Origin: Octopus bimaculoides
Taxonomy: Eukaryota
Direction: 5' to 3'
Assembly (NCBI RefSeq): GCF_001194135.2
Contig: NC_068989.1
Span: 65,460,432-65,502,069, forward strand
DNA: 41,638 bases
How positions within the stretch are numbered: the first letter of the stretch is position 1; each line of letters opens with the position of its first letter. The translations under genes and the position numbers were made by a program. This document shows positions 12,706 to 25,219 of this stretch, one piece after another. The notes beneath the pieces were generated by a model, which made no database searches, was not told where the DNA came from, and worked only from the letters and a program-made list of their open reading frames with translations.

Positions 12706-13760
12706 ATAAGGCGGCGAGCTGGCAGAATCATTAGAAAGCCGCAGAAATAGCTTTGAGGCATTTCGTTCGTTTTTATGTTCAGAGTTCAAACGTCGCTGAG
12801 GTCGAGTTTGCCTTTCTTCCTTTCTTGATCGATAAAATAAACTACCAGTTAAGTACAGGAGTCGATATAATCGATTAACCCTCTGAACCAAATTTTCAGG
12901 CCTTGTCTCTGGAGTAGAAAAGATTATATTTCCATAGTGAAGAAGGTGAGCTGGCAGAATTGCTAGAACATCAGGGAAACATTGCTTTGTGGTATCTGTT
13001 CAAAACTCGCCTAGGTAAACTTTCATTTTCATCTTTTCAGACGTTGATAGAATAAAATACTTGTCAATCGCTGAGGTCGAATCGACTAATCCCCTTCTCT
13101 GATATTTGCTGGCCTTATACTAAATTAAGGTGGAGGCGCAATAGCCCAGTGGTTAGGGCAGCGGACTCGCGGTCATAGGATCGCGGTTTCGATTCCCAGA
13201 CCGGGCGTTGTGAGTGTTTATTGAGCGAAAACACCTAAAGTTCCACGAGGCTCCGGCAGGGGATGGTGGCGAACCCTGCTGTACTCTTTCACTACAACTT
13301 TCTCTCACTCTTACCTCCTGTTTCTGTTGTGCCTGTAATTCAAAGGGTCAGCCTTGTCACACTCTGTGTCACGCTGAATCTCCCCGAGAACTACGTTAAG
13401 GGTACACGTGTCTGTGGGAGTGCTCAGCCACTTGCACGTTAATTTCACGAGCAGGCTGTTCTGTTGATCAGATCAACTGGAACCCTCGACGTCGTAAGCG
13501 ACGGAGTGCCAACAACTAAATTAAGACCCATAAATGTTGTTCTAAAAAGGCAGAGAACTGGCAGAAACGTAAGAAGGCCGGTAAAATGTTTTGCGGTCTT
13601 TGTTCTGACTTTTTTACATTTCGAGTTCAAATCCCACTAAGGCCATCTTTGTCTTTTATTCCCGCCCCTGCGGATAGGAACTCAACTCCTGGGGTGGATT
13701 GCATAAACTACTCTCCTCTTCCAGCAAAATAATTTACCTCTTACCTTTATTTGAAGCCGT
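12706..13760 (+). mobile_element. Three family A SINE copies (12706-12930, 12941-13129, about 13540-13760) interrupted by the family C insertion
   Basis: aaggcggcgagctggcagaatc heads at 12708, 12944 and 13542 (decayed); B-box-like gagttcaaa in the first and third copies. Confidence 0.85.
13130..13514 (+). mobile_element. Full-length young tRNA-derived SINE (family C, tRNA-Arg-like head) with 11-bp TSD
   Basis: A box tagcccagtgg 13142-13152; B box ggtttcgattcc 13185-13196; (CAA) tail; perfect direct repeat actaaattaag at 13119-13129 and 13515-13525. Confidence 0.92.
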
Positions 13761-14812
13761 TGCTTTCCAGTGGTTGTAAAATATGGATCACAAGTGCGAT
13801 ATCATATTCTCGTTTCTAAAGTTTGCGAGATTAGTGTAGTACGAAGGATTTAAGTATATATAAAGTTTAAAAAGAAACAAAGAAACAAATTATCATGGCG
13901 TTGGATTCATTTACATTTCCCAAAAAATAAAACAAAACACAAAACCATCTAATTTTATAATTAACAAAACTCTTGCTTGTATTTTCGTGAAAGCTTTATT
14001 TAAACATTTCTCTTAGCATTGCAATTTTTTTTACATTAACGATTGGTGCAAAATCTAATAAATATATGTATACCAGGAATTTCTACGATTGCAATAGCTT
14101 TTCATTTGTAATTTACCGAATTTATTACTCAATTTCTTTTCCCTCATTATTTATATTTCTTCTTTTTTTATGTAACACCGAGGAGAAACCAAACAGCTAT
14201 TTGATAAGTAAAAGAAATTAGAGTTGATGAGTGCTGTCTTCCAGCTATGCGAAAGAAATCAGCAACTATTCCCTATGTGAGTGAATGAGTTTGTATATAT
14301 CACTAGTTTTTCGTGTTCCTAATTCTAGAATAATACAAACAAAAAAAAATGAAGAAGAAAATAGCAAGAACATGAAATTTGTGTTGATTGGATTATTCGG
14401 CTAATGCAACTTGGGGAATATTTTTAAGAACCAAATAAATGTCGGAAAAGACATGATAATATATATACCTATGTATACAAATATATATATGTATATATAT
14501 ATATATGCATGCATGCATGTATATATGCATGTATGTATGTATGTATGCATGTATGTATGTATGCATGTATGTATGTATGTCTGCATGTGTGTGTGTGTGC
14601 GTGTGTGTGTATTTGTCTGTGTTGGTGCGAGCGTGCGTGTGAAGTACGCGCAGGAATACTTTCCAGAACCAGAAAGGAACTTCGTTCACTAAAACTACTA
14701 ATCGTTGTGTAAGATTTAGTCATACTACTACTATTACTACTACTACTACTACTACTACTAATAATAATAATAATAATAATAGTAGTAATAATAATAATAA
14801 TAATAATAATAA

Positions 14813-15221
14813 TTCTTTTATTCTTTTACTTGTTTCAGTCATTTGACTGCGGCCATGCTGGAGCACCGCCTTTGGTCGATTCAAATCGACCCCAGGACTT
14901 ATTCTTTGTAAGCCTAGTACTTATTCTATCGGTCTCTTTTTGCCGAACCGCTAAGTTACGGGGACCTAAGCACACCAGCATCGGTTGTCAAGCGATGTTA
15001 GGGGGACAAACACAGATACACAACATATACACACATACATATATATATACATATATACGACGGGCTTCTTACAGTTTCCATCTACCAAATCCACTCACAA
15101 GGCTTTGGTCGGCCCGAGGCTATAGTAGAAGACACTTGCCCAGGGTGCCACGCAGTGGGACTGAACCCGGAACCATGTGGTTCGTAAGCAAGCTATTTAC
15201 CACACAGCCACTCCTACGTCT
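14813..15221 (-). mobile_element. Full-length SINE family B with internal TA/CA microsatellite
   Basis: On the minus strand: tRNA-like head agtggctgtgtggtaaatagc...ccgggttcagtccc, CORE-like gcaccctgggcaagtgtcttc, central microsatellite, tail ...tgactgaaacaagtaaaaga. Flanked by (AAT)n on both sides. Confidence 0.92.
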
Positions 15222-15253
15222 ATAATAATAATAATGATATTAATGATGATGAT

Positions 15254-15436
15254 AATTCTTTCTATTATAGGCACAAGGCCTGCAATTTGGGGGCTGAAGT
15301 GAAGTCGATTACATCAACCCAAAAGCTCAACTGGTACTTATTTTATCGACTTCAAAAGAATGAAAGCAAAGTTTAAGACGGACGAAGTGTCGTATGCGTT
15401 TTACCTAGTGAGATACCAATTCTGCAACCTCACCAT
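15254..15436 (-). mobile_element. SINE family A copy with internal deletion
   Basis: tataggcacaaggcctg...gtcgattacatcaacc...ctggtacttattttatcgac. Confidence 0.85.
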
Positions 15437-16144
15437 AAAAAAGGGTTTACGTGTTCACACATACTGACATGATCATTTCCTAAATGTGTATTCTTCACGT
15501 TTCAACTACATCTCGATATCGCAATGCATGTGTTTCAATATAGGAGGGTGTGTGTATATGCATGCACGTACGTATTTGTTATACATAAACTCGATGAAGT
15601 TATAGATAGCTATTAGGAAAAGATTTAATTATTCATGTTTGTACTAACCAGTGACTATAGGACACTGTGTGTACGTCGGACACGTCAAAGGGCTGCGTCT
15701 ATAGCTATCAAACAGCTGACAATCAGAGACCTCCAGCGTTTGTTTTGACGTCTCTCTTTCAGAAGGAAAACGAGGTGCAACTTCGTTTACATGCAATAAT
15801 CTAGACTAGTGCTTCCTTTAAAAAGAACGAATACGTTACTTAGAGAGTAGGATTGCTCTGTGCAAGGCTTTTCCTCGCTATAGGAAGCTTTATGTACAAA
15901 CGTCGCTTGATTATACACATGTTTATTATGTGTTATTATGGCTGGTCATACTCAAGAAAGGCAAAACACTGAAAGAAAATTTCCGTAATGAAATGAAAGC
16001 ATGTGTTAGCATGGGTTGTACGATCTCTGAACACCTACGGCAAAAGATTGCAGAAAACTAACAGCACAGAAAAAAACCAAAGCCATGTTTAGGAGAACAA
16101 TCAAGCCATAGCATTACTTGAAATCGAGTTGCAACCATTATGTA

Positions 16145-16382
16145 AGTATGTATGTATGTATGTATGTATGTATGTATGTATGTATGTGTGTATGTATGTA
16201 TGTATGAATGTACGTATGTATGTATGTATGTACGCATGTATGTATGCATGTATGCATGTATGTATGTATGGACGTATATATGTATGAACGTATGTATATA
16301 TGTAAGTTTCTATGCGTGTATGTACGTATATATATGTGTGTGTGAATGAATGCGTATAGATATATTCTTATACACGTATATA

Positions 16383-16430
<48 letters not shown>

Positions 16431-16445
16431 TAGATAGATAGATAT
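16145..16445. repeat. (TATG)n/(TA)n/(GATA)n compound microsatellite
   Basis: Direct read. Confidence 0.95.
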
Positions 16446-16702
16446 TCTTTTTTGGAATAGTATATCCCATTTGATATATACTATTATAGTAGATACTATA
16501 ATATAGTATTATGTATATGAGATATAATATTATATTATATATAATTGTTCTCGAAGTGCACACATAGAGCCATAGATAACAGCCCGTAAATATTGTTACT
16601 GGTTTTATGTGTGTGTATCGAGTTATACCAATCCAAAAATGAATTATTGCACGATGAAAGTTTATAAAATTTTAATAACGCCAAAAATATAAATACACAC
16701 AT

Positions 16703-16890
<188 letters not shown>

Positions 16891-17053
16891 TGCATGTGAA
16901 GGCAAGCTATCCGAAACTTCGAAGTACTGAGAAACATGTCACATGAATGTTAAATTGGTATTATATTTAACCTAAGTAAAAATAAAAAGAAGCACACACT
17001 CACGCATCGGGGTCACACACACATACACACACACACACACACACGAGCGCGAG

Positions 17054-17103
17054 CTACATTTAAACATACACACATGTATGTATGTGTGTATGTTTAAATG
17101 TAG
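17054..17103. repeat. Perfect 22-bp inverted repeat with 6-nt loop
   Basis: ctacatttaaacatacacacat-gtatgt-atgtgtgtatgtttaaatgtag. Confidence 0.95.
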
Positions 17104-17407
17104 TATATGTTTATATGTATGATACTGACTGCATAATTATTCTGAACTGCTTTGTACTACATTCAAACCGTCACTAGCTTTAATAATACATAGTAGTCAT
17201 TGTGTGGCTGTATCAGAGTCGACTTTCTCTGCAGGTTTCATGTTATGAAGCAGGATTCATCCAACCACTCTTAAAGGCCTCACATTATATCAAGGGATAT
17301 TTTGATTCTCATCTGAGTTGGTCATAAATGGAAAATGGTTACGTTGGAAATATTATGCCTTGAACCTTAGTGCGAAGGCAACAGACTCTACATGTACGTA
17401 CAAACTT

Positions 17408-17449
<42 letters not shown>

Positions 17450-17637
17450 TATATAGATAAATGCATGTAATAGCTATGTATCTCTCTCTCTCTATCTCTC
17501 TCTGTATATATATTATTAAAAACCAAGAGAGAAGATGGAGATTAACAAAAGTTTATTAATACATTGAGAAGTCCAGACCTACAATTGTTTCAATTCATCA
17601 CTTGCAGCATAAAATCAATTTAATTTAATTTAGCTAA

Positions 17638-18486
17638 ATCAATTTAGTTAATTACTACAAGTGAGAATAACTTCAGGGAAAGACGTACAAAGAAATTTAA
17701 GATATTTGAAACAATGAAAACATTAAAATGGAAAAATACAGTGAACCACTAAAGTTTAATATATATACATTAATAAAGATAGACACAGTATTAAAAAATA
17801 TAGTTATAGTCATAAATTAGTATAGATATTAATAATGATATTGCAGACATATCAATGCATAAATTTAAATAATGGTGATATGTAAAAGAATAGATTAAAT
17901 AACTTAATTTATGATCGTTATAATTTTTTCACTTTGTTTTTTCTTCATCTATGTTCGGTATGCGTGTAGGTATGTGGTTGTGAATAAATGTATTTATATG
18001 CATGTATAATAAGTATATATGTGTGCACGTCTGTGCATGTGTGCATATATATCATTTATATATACTAATATAGGTGTGTGCATGTATTTACAGGAAAATT
18101 AGTATATATAAATATATAGATTTCTATAATTAACATTTAAATGGTACATATAATAATTTCTTCATTCATTACTTATCTTCTGTCTTATCTTATTTATTCT
18201 AAACATCGTTTAATAATTTACTATATATTTTTGGTGTGTTTACCTGCATTCCACTGCGTCTAGTATTTCTCTTTTCTTGTATGTGGACCCATCTATGGAA
18301 GCTCATTTAAGCATAATTTCTTCTATTTTCTATTATCCCTTAAAGTCATATTATCACTTAAATCTAAATATATTCTCCCTTTATATTCCTAATAATTGAT
18401 ACTTTTAATTACGTTATCAATTTAGTACATTAACTATGCTTAGCCTTGTATCTGTGTATATGTGTATACGTATATGTATGTATATT

Positions 18487-18521
<35 letters not shown>

Positions 18522-18949
18522 ATATACATATATATGTATGTATATTTATATATATATGTGTATTTGTGTGCCTGTATGTGTGTGTATGTGTGTGAGTATG
18601 TCAGTACATGTGCATATGTGTATATATATTTATATGGAATACCCAATTATTTCCCTTCTCTACTCCCATGATTTAACAACCGGTCTATTGTGTTTTTTTA
18701 CATATCACCATTATTCATATTTTTGCATTGGTATGTCTGCATTATCTTTGTTATTATTTTGTATATTAATTTATGCATATGATTATTTTTTCAATACTGT
18801 GTGTATCTTTATTAATGTATATATTTTAAACTTTAGTGGTACACTGTATTCTTCCTTTTTAATGTTTTCATTATGTTTCAAATATGTAAAATTTCCTTGT
18901 ATGTCGTTCTCTGGAGATATTCTCACTTGTAGTAATTAACTAAATTGAT
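17638..18949. repeat. Inverted pair of a ~260-bp AT-rich repeat (17638-17897 vs 18683-18949)
   Basis: For example atcaatttagttaattactacaagtgagaata is the exact reverse complement of tattctcacttgtagtaattaactaaattgat; homology continues through actaaagttt...attaataaagata...ggtgatatgtaaaa. Confidence 0.85.
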
Positions 18950-19514
18950 ATATTTCGTTTTTGAATTTGGTTTGCAAGATTCTTTATATGAGTTCCTGTG
19001 TTGAAGCATGTTCTGTTGTGCCTGGGGAGAGTCATTCTCTTTTTAACACACTAAATTTCCACTTATTTCTTTTTTACTTTTTCTAAAATTTTCGTTGCAT
19101 CTTGGAACCTTTTCAATAGTTTTGACTCTGTCCGTTATTCATATTGCGTTCCTTTTTGTTTGTTTGTGTGCATGTGTGTGGATCAGTGTGTGTGCCTATA
19201 CATGCATGTATGCATGTATGTATGCATGTGTGTGTATGCATGTATGAGTGTGCGTGCATATGTATCTATTATAGGCGTACATTTGTATGTATGTATTTTG
19301 AATATTCATGTGTGCATGTCCGTGTCTTTATGTATGTGCGCGCGCGCGTATATGTGTGTGTGAACTCCTGTCTCTTTGTGTGTGCATGTCTAAGTGTATG
19401 TGTGTGTGTTTTGCAACAATGTACTATTTTTCTATGTATGGATGTGCATCTCCATATGTGTGGACATGTGTCTCCATATGAGTCCTTGTGTTAAGTAAAA
19501 TGTGTGTGTATATA

Positions 19515-19845
19515 TGGTCATGTGTTTCGTTCTTCATTTCATCAAGATCAGTTCATGAATTTTCATGATGTTTACATTCGTTTAGGAGGTTGACGGTCAC
19601 CTTGAGCAATATTAGTCTTCAAGCGACAAGTGACCATTCCTCAAGCGTGAAAACCACTCATAAATTTGTTTTGCTCATGGCTGCGTCCTTCAAGCTGTTT
19701 GAAGTATAACAAGTGTGTCAGCCGCTGTTTTCCACACCGGAAAACAGAATTTCCTTCGTTTCAGCCAACGCAAAAATCGAACAAGGACGCTCAACGTGGC
19801 AGTATGACCTCACTGGACAATGCCGGTTGGCAGAATGAATGATAC
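19515..19845 (-). mobile_element. Mariner 5' fragment (HTH region, irritans-like), pseudogenised
   Basis: Translates with frameshifts and stops to KFCFPVWKTAADTLVILQTA/KDAAMSKTN/YEWFSRLRNGHLSLED*...PSTS*TNVNIMKIHELIL. Confidence 0.85.
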
Positions 19846-19850
19846 TCGAG

Positions 19851-19890
<40 letters not shown>

Positions 19891-21108
19891 TAGTAGGTTG
19901 CGAAAATACAGTGGAATCATGTGATTTATGGTCACAGTGGTCACCTCACAATTATTGCTTGATCGACGACACGTTGTGTAATTTAGCAAATTGTTTCCGT
20001 TTACGTTGTACGAATCTTCTAAGTTGGAAATTAAGATCAGCCGAGTTCTGGTGCAGCTCTCTCTTTCTCTAGCTGTCACATACTGTGTGCCGGTGGTTAA
20101 AGTGTGAAAAGGGTTGTCTTTCTTTGCGACTTCCTGAACATTTAAGATAGTTAGTGAAAGTAGAGTACATGTTGCCACACCATATGCACTCATGAGTGAC
20201 GGCAAGCTGTATTTTAACAACCCTGCACTCTACAAACACGTGGTCTGTAATATATTATTTAGACGGCAGAATATAGTTCGAGGAAGTACAAACATCCTAA
20301 ACACATTGTTCATGCTTTTGTTTTCAATGTGCAGCGACTTCTATAAGTGTTTTGTACCATGACCTTTTCTAGCTCAACCATGCAATGCGTGCGTGTGAAA
20401 TTTGGCAGATAGAAATTGTATACCATATCGTTGAATGGCCTGTCTGCAAATCGCTACTTTCGAACAAAACAACCGCGGGGTGTTTATTGCGCACGATTAG
20501 AACTCACACTCCCATGTCATCCTCTATGTTTAACATTCAATGAAGCAGTGACCGGTATTTACCAGCTTGTAACAATTCAATATTGTTTGCATAATATACT
20601 AGTAATAACATAATGGCTACGAAAGTTTCCATTGTAACGTTACAGTACATAAACTTAAAGCTACTTCGACCAACATTTCACAGCTGCAAATTATAATAAA
20701 GAGAATTATTATAATCAGTTGATAGTTTTATTGTTTTGAAGAAGGAATACTTTTTTTGTTTTTTTCTTCTTATGAGATAATGCCATGAAAGTGTTTGAAA
20801 TAACTTATGAAGTTGAGAAGCTTGTAAAGTATGAACGAGAATAAGTTTGAACTTGTAGGTTGAACGGCTGCTTTTGTGTACAAACATTTAGATGATAGAA
20901 AGATTAAAATGAAACAAAGAACAGCAAAAAAGAACACGCACACACATACACGATCGAATAAAGAAGTAATATAAATGACAACAGAAGACAAAGAAGATGA
21001 TCGTAAGCAGTTTAAAGCCTTGCAAGGTTATACGTTTGACCCGTTCATGGGCGCAATTCATCGGTTAACACTATAAAGAAGAAATAAAAGAGGTACACGA
21101 CTCTGATC

Positions 21109-21283
21109 TTACAGTCTCACTTTCGCTTTCTCTTGGCAGCTATTATTGACTCCATTAATTTCTAATAAACGTTCTTTACTGTTCAGCGAAATGATCTTAT
21201 CAGAAGTGTGTTCGGCATTGCTGAAAGTTCTCGCTTTCATATCGCATGCTTTGCACAACTCATCGATCATGTAGAGACGGATG
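21109..21283 (-). CDS. Probable terminal coding exon of a second unrecognised gene (IRLYMIDELCKACDMKARTFSNAEHTSDKIISLNSKERLLEINGVNNSCQEKAKVRL*)
   Basis: Acceptor acacttctcacag| (phase 2); 57 open codons with protein-like composition; TAA at 21109-21111; followed by about 1.2 kb of repeat-poor, 3'UTR-like sequence. Confidence 0.45.
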
Positions 21284-21499
21284 CTGTGAGAAGTGTGTGC
21301 CTTTAAAATAATTGTTGATATTAATAGCCGTTTGCTTGAATTGTTTTATCGTCCTATAAATAACATTTAAACAGTATTTTAGCAAGTAACAGTTAGATAC
21401 AACAGTGCAATTTGCGAACGTGAGATAATGAGAACTTACATATTTGAATACAGACTTATATGTGTGTGTGCTTGTGTGTGTGTGTTTTTGTGTGTGTGC

Positions 21500-21535
<36 letters not shown>

Positions 21536-21561
21536 TGTATATATGTATGCGTATGCGTATT

Positions 21562-21645
<84 letters not shown>

Positions 21646-21909
21646 TGTATGTGTATATGTATGTACGCAAACACAAACACACACATGTGGTAATCGATAC
21701 ATTGTTACATATGTAGATGGTTCAATCGATCGATAGATATATGTATAGATGCATAATAGACACAGAAAATGAGAGAAGTAAGAATCTAGAAAGTAGCGAT
21801 GAAAGCTAGAAGACATGTTTATCGATCTGATGTTGAAAAAAAAATCAATATAAAATGTGAGAACGTGGTTTTCTCTTTTATTCAAGTTGGCATTCCGCCG
21901 TCAGCATAC

Positions 21910-21951
21910 GTCATATTTTCATATAATAAGAGGTCGGAATTAAACCACAAG
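21910..21951 (-). CDS. Candidate penultimate exon (LWFNSDLLLYENM)
   Basis: Acceptor ctcctctatttaatgaaccag|, donor ac|gtatgc, 42 nt, phase 2-2, compatible with the 21283 acceptor. Confidence 0.25.
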
Positions 21952-22514
21952 CTGGTTCATTAAATAGAGGAGGGTATTATGATGTGTAAGTATTATGAAT
22001 AGGGCTTATACGAGTCAATAACATATATAGGTGTTAGAAATTGATCGGTCGGAGAGCATTGACTAAAAATAACATGTACTTTGTAAATAAACTATTTCCA
22101 ATTATAAATGAAGACTTGGAATGTTGTAATCACTGCCTACAACTCTATATTAAGGTTATTTATAATGGAGAGCATTGGCACATGGCATGTTAAGTTTTCC
22201 TATTGAATAGAACCGACTTGATTACAATAACCTTAACTAATTTTGAAGTGAATACATATAATAAAAGCAATTGGATTTCACCTTGTCAAACATATTTATG
22301 ACTGTGGTTACTTATTTATAATCTGGCTACATTCAACAAACTGATTTATTACTATTGGGACTAAACGTATCTTAACTAGCATATTGACAGTGGATAACCA
22401 TGACAGAAATATGATGCAACGTCACATGTATATTCATCAATGAATTAACTCTACTTTTATGCAATTTCAACTGATTCTGTTATTTTATTTTAGTATATGA
22501 AAAGGCATATTTTT

Positions 22515-23236
22515 TTTTACTCTTTTACTTGTTTCAGTCATTTGACTGCGGCCACGCTGGAACACCGCCTTGAGGGGTTTTAGTCGAAGAAATCGATCCC
22601 AGGACTTATTGTTTTAAGACTAGTACTTATTTTATCAGTCTCTTTTGCTGAGCCGTTAAGTTACGGGGACGCAAACACACCAACACCGGTTGTCAAGCGG
22701 TAATTGGGGATAAACGCAGACACAGGGACACACATAAATATGTACATATATATACGGGATTCTCTCAGTTTCCGTCTACCAAATCCACTCACAAGGCTTT
22801 CGTCCGCTCGAGGCTATGGTAGAAGACACTTGTCCAAGCTACCAAACAGTGAGACTGAACCCAGAACCATGTGTTTGGGAATCAAAGTTGTTATCACACA
22901 GCCACACCTGTATATACCTTTACTCTTTTCACTCTTTTACTTGTTTCAGTCATTTGAATGTGGTCATGCTGGAGCACCACCTTTAGTCTAGCAAATCCAC
23001 CCAGGACTTATTCTTTGTAAGCCTAGTACATATTCTATCGGTCTCTTTTTGCCGAACCGTTAAGTTACGGGGACGTAAACACACCAGCACCGGTTGTCAA
23101 GCGATGTTGGGGGGACAAGCACAGACACACAAATATATACGCACACATACATATACACATATATATACATATATACGACGGGCTTCTTTTCGGTTTCCGT
23201 CTACCAAATCCGTTCACAAAGCTTTGGTCGGCCCGA
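22515..23236 (-). mobile_element. Two tandem family B SINEs (22515-22918 full; 22919-23236 lacking the tRNA head)
   Basis: Both begin cttttacttgtttcagtcatttga; the second stops abruptly at ggcccga. Confidence 0.92.
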
Positions 23237-23787
23237 CCACTGTGGTAACAATAGAATAGCAGAAAATACGGCACTGCTGTGTGTCAAAGGAGAAGTGCAT
23301 TATCGAACGTCTTCATGGTTATTGCATTTCCGTTGACATACATAATTATTTGTCAAGGTAAAAAAATTTGTTTCTCTTGTTCAATATCGTTCGTTTTTTT
23401 GTTTTTTTTTGAAATCATGAATTATACATATGTAGTGATCCATCATTGTATGAAAATTTTAGCAAGTTTGAAGAATGAGAACTTAAATTACTACATGTTT
23501 ATATATTATATATATATATTATATGTTTATATATTCCTGAGAATGAAAAAGACTGACCTAATGTCCGCTTTCCGCTGCATCAAGGTCGTATTATTGTTTT
23601 TTGATGAGGGTGAACATTTGAATAGAAGCAATTTCAGCATTATTTGTTGCATTCTGAATTATGTGAGTCCAAATATTATTTCAAATATGTCCATTTGAAA
23701 TTGAATTATAAGTACTAAAGATACTTATTGACAATACATTCATAATTTCCTTTTAGAACGCAGATTCTTACATAACGTTTTTGCGAT

Positions 23788-24212
23788 ATGGATGGTACTG
23801 AAAGGTTTGCATATTACAAGAAATTAAAAAAGGAGAAAAGCGCAACTCAGAACAAGATAAATTATCAAAAGAAGAAATAGTACAAAAGTAAAGAACAAGA
23901 TACGCAGAGAAAAGGGATGCAGGGAAAAAGGACGCCATGAAAAGGAGAGGTAGGCTAACAAGGGAAGACATCAGGAACGAAGCATAGAAAGCGAAGAAAA
24001 GGAAGCAAACTGCTCGATATGGAGCAAAGTTCAAGGAACAATATGATTCTCACAAGAAGATGGTCATGAACAAACAGAGAGTGGCTTGTCATAGAGCAAA
24101 GCGGAAGGAAGCAAATAAAATATGTTAGGAAAAAGATGGCCGAGTTATGAACTTATTACCAGCACAAAGAATCGCAATTACAAGAAATGTAAGGAAAGTG
24201 CAAGCATGTTGA
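23788..24212 (+). pseudogene. Decayed K/R/E-rich reading frame, possibly the N-terminus of a DNA-transposon protein
   Basis: Purine-rich frame EKRNSEQDKLSKEEIVQK*RTRYAEKRDAGKKDAMKRRGRLTREDIRNEA*KAKKRKQTARYGAKFKEQYDSHKKMVMNKQRVACHRAKRKEANKIC*...; family not recognised. Confidence 0.4.
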
Positions 24213-25219
24213 CTCAAATCAACTCCTGAATGGAACCAAAGTTGTTTATACTATGAACACAGATATGAATACATAAGACAAAAATTTGTTAACAGAAATT
24301 TTTTATGAAAAATACCATATCTTCTAACACGTCAGCCCTAATTTCATAAAACTTCTTTATAATGGCCAACATATATATTTTATTAATTCCTGAAAGTTTC
24401 AACTCTTAACTATTTTTTGGCAAAAGCAAAATATAGCATATATGAAGTGGTTTAATATCAATTAAAAGTAATGTCTTCAGAATTGAGCGTCTATTTTGAT
24501 TAAATAAAATATGAGATTGATTCATATTTCATAATACATTATGATTATGAACTAATCACGAATGAAAGGAGTATTTATCAGGAATATTCACAAGCAATTT
24601 AAGAAGAAAAAAATCAATTTCTCTTTTTTTATGATTTTTTCAATATACTAGAAATTTTTATATAATTTGACACCCCTAATTAAAATGCTAATTTATGTGC
24701 ATTTTGATCAAGAAATAATAATTTTTTTTACATTAAGTGAAAATTTCTATACTAAATTACGACAAACAGCAAAAAAAGCATTTCCATCAAGTTTTTATAC
24801 TCTGTCCCTGTTACGCATTCGGGTACCCTGATCGTCCTATTTACCATTTGTGTATATGCACATACATACATNNNNNNNNNNNNNNNNNNNNNNNNNNNNN
24901 NNNNNNNNNNNNNNNNNNNNNNNNNNNNNNNNNNNNNNNNNNNNNNNNNNNNNNNNNNNNNNNNNNNNNNNNNNNNNNNNNNNNNNNNNNNNNNNNNNNN
25001 NNNNNNNNNNNNNNNNNNNNNNNNNNNNNNNNNNNNNNNNNNNNNNNNNNNNNNNNNNNNNNNNNNNNNNNNNNNNNNNNNNNNNNNNNNNNNNNNNNNN
25101 NNNNNNNNNNNNNNNNNNNNNNNNNNNNNNNNNNNNNNNNNNNNNNNNNNNNNNNNNNNNNNNNNNNNNNNTATATATATATATATGTATTTATGCATAT
25201 ATATATACATACATACTTA

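Noticed and set aside
13133-13207. tRNA-Arg gene
   Set aside because: It is the head of a SINE with body, tail and TSD, and it lacks a properly paired acceptor stem.
19886-19900. let-7-like string tgagtagtaggttg
   Set aside because: One base is missing in the seed, the 3' half does not match, no complementary arm is visible, and it abuts a TA repeat.
19810-20220. 136-aa minus ORF and a nearby zf-RVT-like DHVFVEC motif
   Set aside because: The ORF runs into a TA repeat with no recognisable domain; the motif is isolated with no RT context.
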